A stretch of DNA of 64,000 nucleotides from Candidatus Woesearchaeota archaeon (GTDB lineage: Archaea > Nanobdellota > Nanobdellia > Pacearchaeales > GW2011-AR1). Where the stretch lies: NCBI GenBank assembly GCA_964460535.1, contig CAYWQI010000001.1:26856-90855 (forward strand). The letters run 5' to 3'. Position 1 is the stretch's first letter, and every line of letters begins with the position of its first letter. The position numbers and the translations under genes were made by a program. Positions 40,085 through 46,866 of the stretch are shown in pieces. The notes under the pieces were generated by a model. The model made no database searches. It had not been told where the DNA came from and saw only the letters and a program-made list of their open reading frames with translations.

Positions 40085-40888
40085 ATGACAGAATTTAAAA
40101 TACCTAAACCAAAACCAGATTTTGAAGGAACAGGCTCACCTGTAAACTTTGCAGATGTTAGGGATGTTTATGCTGAGGCTGTAGAAAAGTTAGTTTTATA
40201 TGATTATGCTAAGTTTGGTAAGGATTGGCAAAATAGAGCACTTGATATTTTAATTGGAGATGAGAGGGTTTATTCTCCATCTTCAGAAGGAAAGTGGAGA
40301 GGTTCAAATCCTCCTATCTGTACTTTGATGCAAGAAAAGATTAAAGGATTAGATTTAATTACATTACAACAATCAAGAAGAGCTTATGAAGCCAATGGAA
40401 ATAGACCTCCTGTTCCTAATGCTTATTTTGAACATGGTTGGGCAGTTATTCCTGGACAAAATTCAGATTATAAAAGAAATCCTGAAATTGCTTCAAGACT
40501 TGTGGAAGGTTTAAAGAGTAAAGGAATTGAAGTTGGGAAAGGGAGGGTTATTAATTTCTCCCAATTACATCTTCAACCAGTACAAGATATAAGAATATTT
40601 GATTTTGTTATAAATAATACTACAACAGAAGATAATGTTGCTAAGGTTGGGGATTATAATTGGGATTACGGTTTTCCTAATTCAGCAAGTGGCGCTTTCC
40701 GTGCGATTCTTGGCAGTAACTCGGGCTGGGGTGTCGGCAGAGGCAATCCTGAGATTTCGGGCGAGGATGGTCGGGTAGTGCGGTTTATAGCCGAAGGCGA
40801 CGCGCCAGAAAAATTAAGTTCTCTAGTTCAAGAAAAAGATCCTCTAAAAGAGAGAATCACAGAATTTAGAAAAAGAATTTCTTCTTAG
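40085..40888 (+). CDS. DGR target (variable) protein
   Basis: Contains the VR (FRAILGSNSGWGVGRGNPEISGEDGRV) matching the TR downstream. Confidence 0.9.
   Translation: MTEFKIPKPKPDFEGTGSPVNFADVRDVYAEAVEKLVLYDYAKFGKDWQNRALDILIGDERVYSPSSEGKWRGSNPPICTLMQEKIKGLDLITLQQSRRAYEANGNRPPVPNAYFEHGWAVIPGQNSDYKRNPEIASRLVEGLKSKGIEVGKGRVINFSQLHLQPVQDIRIFDFVINNTTTEDNVAKVGDYNWDYGFPNSASGAFRAILGSNSGWGVGRGNPEISGEDGRVVRFIAEGDAPEKLSSLVQEKDPLKERITEFRKRISS
40697..40778 (+). repeat. DGR variable repeat (VR)
   Basis: 82-nt ungapped match to 41034-41115; 18 mismatches, 17 at TR adenines. Confidence 0.95.
40781..40806 (+). other. GC-rich hairpin(s) 3' of the VR (candidate retrohoming/IMH element)
   Basis: GCC-GAA-GGC (40790-40798) and GGCG-ACG-CGCC (40796-40806); absent after the TR. 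Confidence 0.6.
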
Positions 40889-40893
40889 AAAGT

Positions 40894-40901
40894 TTTATAA
40901 A
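40894..40901 (+). promoter_or_regulatory. TATA box for the TR-RT transcript
   Basis: GAAAGT-TTTATAAA; the spacing seen at the target gene places a TSS near 40923, where the structured region begins. Confidence 0.55.
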
Positions 40902-41033
40902 TTTCTTTTTTGATTTAATATTCCTAATCAGAAATGGTTAGGCTACACGCCAAATTATTGAGAATACAGATTTTCCTTGCGAGGAACTTCAGTGAGCAAA
41001 ATAATTTTGTGAAATAATAATTTGGCTATTAAG

Positions 41034-41115
41034 TTCCGTGCGATTCTTAATAGTAACTCGAACTGGAATGTCAACAAAGACAATCCTGAGAATTCGAACG
41101 AGAATGGTCAAATAG
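41034..41115 (+). ncRNA. DGR template repeat (TR)
   Basis: Intergenic, nine AAY codons in the VR frame, differs from the VR almost only at adenines. Confidence 0.93.
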
Positions 41116-41141
41116 CTTAGCCAGGGTTAGGATTTTTTAAA

Positions 41142-42127
41142 ATGCAAAATCTCTACTACAAAATTTATTCATGGAAAAATATGCTTTCAGCATGGAGAAA
41201 AGCAAGAAAAGGAAAAACAAAGAAAAATTATGTTATGGGGTTTGAAAAGAATCTTCGAGAAAATTTAAAACAATTAAGATTTGAATTAATGACTGAAACT
41301 TATTTTCCTCAGTTATCAAAAACATTTATTTTGCGAGATCCAAAAACTAGAGTTATAAGCAAATCTGATTTTAGAGATAGAATTGTGCATCATGCTTTGA
41401 TTAATATAATTCAGAATATTTTTGAGAGGTCTTTTATTTATGATTCTTGTGCAAATCAAAGAGGCAAAGGAAATTTATTTGCAATTTCAAGATTTGATAA
41501 ATTTAAGAGAAAAGTTACTTCAAATCTTAAACAAGAAGCCTTTTGTTTAAAAGCAGACATAAAACATTATTTTCAAGAAGTAAATCACGAGATTCTTTTT
41601 GAAATTTTACAAAGAAAAATCAAAGATGAAAAAGTTATTAATTTAATTGTAAAAATCTTGCAGAACAGTGCGGACAGAGAGAGAGAGAGACGCGACATTC
41701 TTTATCAAAAGGCATGCCTCTTGGAAATTTAACAAGTCAATTTTTTGCAAATGTTTATCTTAATGAATTAGATTATTTTGTGAAACATAAATTAAAATGT
41801 AATTGTTATATTAGAGATGTTGATGATTTCGTTATTTTGCATAAATCTAAAAAACAACTTGAAATTTGGAAAACCCAAATCTTTCAATTTCTTCAGGATA
41901 AATTAAAACTTGAATTGCATAAAGACAAATCTTCTATTAGAATCCTGTCTCGAGGAATTGATTTTGTTGGTTTTAGAAATTTTTACAAAAAACGTTTAAT
42001 TAGAAAAAGAAGTTATAGAAAAATGAGAGCTAGAATAAAAGAATTTAATAAAGGAAATCTCTCTACAGATAAATTTTTTGAATGTTTTCAAGGTTGGTTA
42101 GCTAATGCAAGATGGCAGGAGTTTTGA
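41142..42127 (+). CDS. DGR reverse transcriptase, split by a frameshift at an (AG)7 tract
   Basis: AWRKARKGK, DPKTRVI...FRDRIVHHAL, KADIKHYF, GMPLGNLTSQFFANVYL, YIRDVDDF, GIDFVGF; removing 2 nt at 41676-41690 gives 327 aa. Confidence 0.92.
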
Positions 42128-42179
42128 AATTTCCAAAAATCAAAACATTTAAATAACTATAGCCACTTATATAATCACT

Positions 42180-42404
42180 ATGGCAACAACAATTCAAATA
42201 AGTAAGGAGCTTTTACAAGAATTAGCATCTATGAAAATGCATACAAAAGAAAGTTATGAAGAAGTGATCTGGGATTTAGTTGAAGATAGAAAAGAACTTA
42301 GTGAAGAAACTAAAAGAAATTTGGCAGAAGCTGAAAAAGATATCAAAGAGGGAAGAGTACATTCTTGGGAAGATGTTAAAAAGGAGTTAGGATTAAATGT
42401 ATAG
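42180..42404 (+). CDS. antitoxin (RHH-type, RelB-like)
   Basis: MATTIQIS...ESYEEVIW...AEKDIKEGRVHSWEDVKKELGL; overlaps the downstream toxin. Confidence 0.8.
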   Translation: MATTIQISKELLQELASMKMHTKESYEEVIWDLVEDRKELSEETKRNLAEAEKDIKEGRVHSWEDVKKELGLNV

Positions 42405-42648
42405 CATAGTTCTTGCAGATAAATTCAAAAAGCAATTAAAAAAAATTCCAAAACAGGAACAAGAAAGAATCGGTAAGGTCATAGAAAGAATAAAAATACG
42501 TCCTTTTTCACATGCTGAAAGAATTGTGGGAAGCCCCCATTTTAGAGTTCGTTCAGGAGATTATAGAATAATTATTAACATAAAACAAAAAGTATTAATT
42601 ATCTACGTTTTAGAGGTCGGACACAGAAAAAACATTTATAAAAAATAA
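42397..42648 (+). CDS. RelE/ParE family toxin
   Basis: KFKKQLKKI...FRVRSGDYRII...VGHRKNIY. Confidence 0.88.
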   Translation: MYSIVLADKFKKQLKKIPKQEQERIGKVIERIKIRPFSHAERIVGSPHFRVRSGDYRIIINIKQKVLIIYVLEVGHRKNIYKK

Positions 42649-42698
42649 ATTCTTATATTATATTAAAGAATTTAGAAGAATAATTCAAAAAATTTAAA

Positions 42699-42860
42699 AT
42701 GCCAAAAAGAAAATTTCCAGCACTTGCAACTCTATTATTGATATTTGGTGTAGCTTGGTTAGCTTCAGAGATTTATAACATTGCCATTGATTTACCTTGG
42801 TTACCAACTATTTTAATTGTAATTGCAATTGCTATGATTTATAATCGGTTAAGAGAATAA
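42699..42860 (+). CDS. small 2-TM membrane protein (53 aa)
   Basis: MPKRKFPALATLLLIFGVAWLASEIYNIAIDLPWLPTILIVIAIAMIYNRLRE. Confidence 0.65.
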   Translation: MPKRKFPALATLLLIFGVAWLASEIYNIAIDLPWLPTILIVIAIAMIYNRLRE

Positions 42861-42937
42861 TTAAATTTAGGTTTTAGGTTTGCAATTTCAAAACCTTAAT
42901 AGCAAGATTTAAATACTCTAGTCAATAATTTAACTAT

Positions 42938-43483
42938 ATGGTAAAAAAAGTAACCAAATGGACATTTTTAGAACCATTCTTAAGAACATCAGAAGAACTA
43001 CATCTTTTAGATATATCTCGTCAATTAAGAGAGAACCATGCAACAGTTAGAAATTATCTGAATGATTTTGAGAAAATAGGAATCCTAGAAAAAAGAAACA
43101 AGGGAAGGCTTACTCTTTATAGATTAATTAAAGAAAATCCTTTGATCATAGACTATTTATGTTTAGCTGAAAAAGATAAACTTATTAGAAAAACTAAAGA
43201 TAATAATATTCTAAAAGAGCTTGTTTCATTATTACATAAAGAGACAAATAAACCAACAATAATATTTGGATCTGCTGTTGAAGATTTAAAAAAAGCAAAC
43301 GATATAGATATCTTAACAACAGGAAATCTAGATGAAGAAGAATTAGAAAAAATAATAAGAAGAAAAATTCATCTTGTAAAAATTTCTTCTTTAAATAAAG
43401 TTACAGATTCTCTAAAAAATGAAATTTTAAAAAAACATTTAATAATAAACTCTTCTGAAGAGGTTTTAAAATGGTTGGTTTGA
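42938..43483 (+). CDS. wHTH-MNT nucleotidyltransferase (MntA-like antitoxin)
   Basis: N-terminal wHTH; IFGS...NDIDIL nucleotidyltransferase motif. Confidence 0.8.
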   Translation: MVKKVTKWTFLEPFLRTSEELHLLDISRQLRENHATVRNYLNDFEKIGILEKRNKGRLTLYRLIKENPLIIDYLCLAEKDKLIRKTKDNNILKELVSLLHKETNKPTIIFGSAVEDLKKANDIDILTTGNLDEEELEKIIRRKIHLVKISSLNKVTDSLKNEILKKHLIINSSEEVLKWLV

Positions 43484-43680
43484 GATGGTGTAAAAAACAA
43501 AAAAAAGGAATTGAGATTATTGAGCCTAATGAAAATTTAGTAAAAGAATACCTTCAAACAGCAAAGGAAACAACAATTGAGATTGTAAATGAAAATTCAA
43601 ATATGCCAAACAATAAAAATCAAAGATTTTTAAGCATGTCAATTTTAAAAACAATAGAAGAGAAAAATGCCAAACAATAA
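43471..43680 (+). pseudogene. truncated HEPN-domain partner of MNT
   Basis: N-terminus WCKKQKKGIEIIEPNENLVKEYL resembles HEPN partners; ends after ~35 plausible residues with no catalytic part. Confidence 0.55.
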
Positions 43681-44149
43681 ATCAAAAGGTTCAAAAGTAG
43701 AAAGAGAATTGTTTCAGATGTTTATTTCTGAAGGAACTTATAGAGTAGTTCGTGTAGCTGGTTCAGGAACAATGGAAAATGCTGATTGTGATTTACTTGC
43801 TGGAAAAAAAGGGAAAAAATTTGCAATAGAAGTTAAATCTTCAAAAAAACCTATAAAATATATTTCAAAAGAACAAATAGATAGGTTTGTGACTTTTTCA
43901 GAAATTTTTAAATTATATCCAGTTATTGCATTAAGATTTAATAGAGAAGGTTGGTTTTTCATACATCCTAAAGAAATGAAAAAAACACAAAAAAATTGGT
44001 CAATAAATTTAGAACAAGCAAAAAAGAAAGGTAAGAGATTCACCCAGTTTTTTTCTTCAATAAATAAAAAATCAAAATCAAAAACAAATTCTAAAAATAA
44101 AACAAAACAAGAAACAGATTATGACTTGTATTTAGAAAGTTTGAAATAA
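43667..44149 (+). CDS. hjc: Holliday junction resolvase Hjc
   Basis: KGSKVEREL, RVAGSG, DLLAG, IEVKS. Confidence 0.9.
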   Translation: MPNNKSKGSKVERELFQMFISEGTYRVVRVAGSGTMENADCDLLAGKKGKKFAIEVKSSKKPIKYISKEQIDRFVTFSEIFKLYPVIALRFNREGWFFIHPKEMKKTQKNWSINLEQAKKKGKRFTQFFSSINKKSKSKTNSKNKTKQETDYDLYLESLK

Positions 44150-44209
44150 TAAGAAATAGTTTTTTCTTACTACAATAAAATTTAAAATATATAATTTCTT
44201 AAAAAAAAC

Positions 44210-44983
44210 ATGAAAAAAGAAGTAATGTTTTTACTTTTAATAATATCTTTATCTAGTTTTATTTCTGCAAAAAATATCAGTTTAAATTATGAGCAAGAAA
44301 ACTGTGTAAATGAAGAGTTTAATCTTAAAATAGAACTCATTGATTATCCAGAAGATATTTATGATGTGAAAATAGATTCTCAGGTTAATGGAGAGAGAAT
44401 TTTTAGAATTTATGATAATGGAAAATGGAAATCAACTTTTTATTATATTAAGGAGATAATTTCTCCCACTAATCCAGAAACTTTTACATTAAAATCAGAG
44501 TCATATCTTGGTAAAGCACATTTTATAGTAAAAATAAGAAATTCAGAAGGAGATTATAATACTTTCTCAGGTTATGATATTGAGATAATTGAATGTCAAA
44601 ACAACACAGAAGAAGAAAGTTCAGATTCAAATGAAAATATTACAGAAGAGAATATTAACAATTCTATAAAAAATTCTACAGATAATAAAGATATAAAAAG
44701 TTTCTATCCTTTAGATAAAAATAATTCAGAAAAAAACTCAGAAAATGAAATTCAGGATTCTCAAATAACTGGAGAGACAATTGTTTTAAACAACCCAAAA
44801 GATATAAAAACCCCTTCAAATTCTCAGATTAAGAAAGGAATTTCAATTAAATTTAATAAAGATTTAACAACAAGATTGTCTTTATTAGGGTTTTCACTTT
44901 TATTAGGAATTTTATTCCTTTTAAGAAATAATAAAAATAAAAAATATAATAAAACAGAATTTAATGAAGAAAATGAATTTTAA
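44210..44983 (+). CDS. secreted, C-terminally anchored hypothetical protein
   Basis: Signal peptide, N/S-rich linker, C-terminal TM. Confidence 0.65.
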   Translation: MKKEVMFLLLIISLSSFISAKNISLNYEQENCVNEEFNLKIELIDYPEDIYDVKIDSQVNGERIFRIYDNGKWKSTFYYIKEIISPTNPETFTLKSESYLGKAHFIVKIRNSEGDYNTFSGYDIEIIECQNNTEEESSDSNENITEENINNSIKNSTDNKDIKSFYPLDKNNSEKNSENEIQDSQITGETIVLNNPKDIKTPSNSQIKKGISIKFNKDLTTRLSLLGFSLLLGILFLLRNNKNKKYNKTEFNEENEF

Positions 44984-45473
44984 TAAAAAAAACAACAAAA
45001 AGAAAGAAGAATCTCAAGAAAAAAAACAATCAATACAAGCATCAATTATAATAGAAGTTTTAGGCAAACCTCCAGAACATTTAAATGAAACTTTAAAAGA
45101 TTTGATTTCAAAAATAAAACAAGAAAAAGGAGTTGAAGTTATTAATGAAAAAGTAAATTCTTCTAGTGAATTAAAAAATAAACCCGGATTTTACACAAAT
45201 TTTGCAGAAATTGAACTTGAATTAGAAAGCATTATTCATTTAAATATTCTTATGTTCAAATACATGCCTGCTCATATTGAAATAATCTCTCCTGAGAACA
45301 TTGTTTTATCAAATAAAGGATGGAATGATTTTTTAAATGAACTTACAAGAAGACTTCATAGATATGATGAAGTAGCAAGAACAATGAAATATGAAAATCA
45401 AATAATGAGAAAAAAATTAGAACAATTATTACCAAACAAATCTTCTAAAAATAAAGACAACAAAAAAATCTAA
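44964..45473 (+). CDS. conserved hypothetical protein
   Basis: IIEVLGKPPEH, KYMPAHIEIISP. Confidence 0.7.
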   Translation: MKKMNFNKKNNKKKEESQEKKQSIQASIIIEVLGKPPEHLNETLKDLISKIKQEKGVEVINEKVNSSSELKNKPGFYTNFAEIELELESIIHLNILMFKYMPAHIEIISPENIVLSNKGWNDFLNELTRRLHRYDEVARTMKYENQIMRKKLEQLLPNKSSKNKDNKKI

Positions 45474-45477
45474 ATAA

Positions 45478-46845
45478 TTATTTTTTACCTTTACCTTTTT
45501 TCATGAATTTAGAAAAACTAAAACTATTTTGAGTTCCTCTGTATTTCTTTAAAAAGAACCAACCTACAAATAATAAAACAAAAACAATAATTATCCATCC
45601 AACAATTTTTTGAGTTTTTCCAGAACTTGGAGTTCCACAAGTTCCTTTGCAACAAACACCATCAATAGCATTTACTTCTTTTCCATCCAAACAAACCTGG
45701 CTTTGATTGCATATCTGACCATCTTCTAAATCCTCACATCTTTTAAAGACAGTTTCTCTTGATTCTTCATTATTCCTTGTTTCATCAGAATCATTAGAAA
45801 TAGGAATAAAATCTTTTATAAATTCTAAACGAATTATTGCATATGCAAAATATGTTTCATGAGAATTTTCCTTATGTGCTTTTGCTTTTAATTGCCCTTC
45901 ATAATCTTCTTCATTATTTCCAGAAACAATTTGCAAGAATATCTCCCTAGTTTCATCTTCTTCAAGTTCAGAAATATTCTCTGGATATAAAGAAACAACA
46001 TTTTTTAATTGAGGAGACAGGCTTAGATTTATATCTTTTAATTCAAAATCTCCTGTGTTTTTAAGTTTAATTAAGATTGTTTTATTATTATTTGTAGACA
46101 TTGAAACTTCAATTTCCTTTTCCTGAAAATCAATTCTTCCTTCTTGTTTTTGGATTTCATCTGCTATTAAATAAATCGGTATTTCATAACTTGTTTTAGA
46201 AGAACTTAATTTTAATATTTCAGCATGTGTTTTTTCAGGTTCTTCAACTTTAAATTTTAAATCTTTTTTTTCTCCTGCTTTTAGAGAAATTGAACCTTCT
46301 GAGTTTGATGTTGATGTTGAATCATCAAACCATAAAAAACTTCCTTCTGAAGTTTCTTTAACTTCTTTATTTATATCTATAGTTATCTGACTTCCTTGCA
46401 AGTTTTGAACCTTTATTTCAAAATTCTCTCCTTGTGAAGTTTTAAATCCAGGGTTAATATCAAAATTTGCTGTTGAATTTGTTATTGTAAAATTCTTTTC
46501 AAGATTTTCATTAGTAATAACTCCTCCTGTTGTATAATATTCAACTCCTTCAATTGCAATTTTATAATTCCCAGATTTAATATTTTTCAATAATGCATAA
46601 ATATAATAATCTCCACCTATCCGAATCATATCATATTCTAACTCCTGTGAAACATGTCCTCTAGTATAAAATTTTATATTCTCTTTTTGAATAGGTTCTA
46701 TAAAATTTCCAGAAATTTTTCCAGTCAGAGTTTCTCCTTTATCAAATTCAGAGTTTTTATCAAGTGTAAATTCTACTGCATTGATAAAGCTTGTTGTTAG
46801 CATAATCATGAGCAAAATAATCAATATCTTTTTCATAGAAATCAA
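45478..46845 (-). CDS. cell-surface protein (Ig-like, Cys-rich module, C-terminal TM)
   Basis: Signal peptide, LKNTGD Ig-like segment, Cys cluster, TM. Confidence 0.7.
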   Translation of the reverse strand: MISMKKILIILLMIMLTTSFINAVEFTLDKNSEFDKGETLTGKISGNFIEPIQKENIKFYTRGHVSQELEYDMIRIGGDYYIYALLKNIKSGNYKIAIEGVEYYTTGGVITNENLEKNFTITNSTANFDINPGFKTSQGENFEIKVQNLQGSQITIDINKEVKETSEGSFLWFDDSTSTSNSEGSISLKAGEKKDLKFKVEEPEKTHAEILKLSSSKTSYEIPIYLIADEIQKQEGRIDFQEKEIEVSMSTNNNKTILIKLKNTGDFELKDINLSLSPQLKNVVSLYPENISELEEDETREIFLQIVSGNNEEDYEGQLKAKAHKENSHETYFAYAIIRLEFIKDFIPISNDSDETRNNEESRETVFKRCEDLEDGQICNQSQVCLDGKEVNAIDGVCCKGTCGTPSSGKTQKIVGWIIIVFVLLFVGWFFLKKYRGTQNSFSFSKFMKKGKGKK

Positions 46846-46866
46846 AAGAAAAAAGGGTTAATAAAA

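Larger units (their letters stand above)
40085..42127 (+). mobile_element. diversity-generating retroelement (target-VR, TR, RT)
   Basis: VR/TR pair with adenine-specific mismatches plus an adjacent DGR-type RT. Confidence 0.93.

Noticed and set aside
41142..42127. Group II intron or retron RT
   Set aside because: No intron domain V/VI or maturase/En domain seen; the LGNLTSQ motif and adjacent TR/VR pair indicate a DGR
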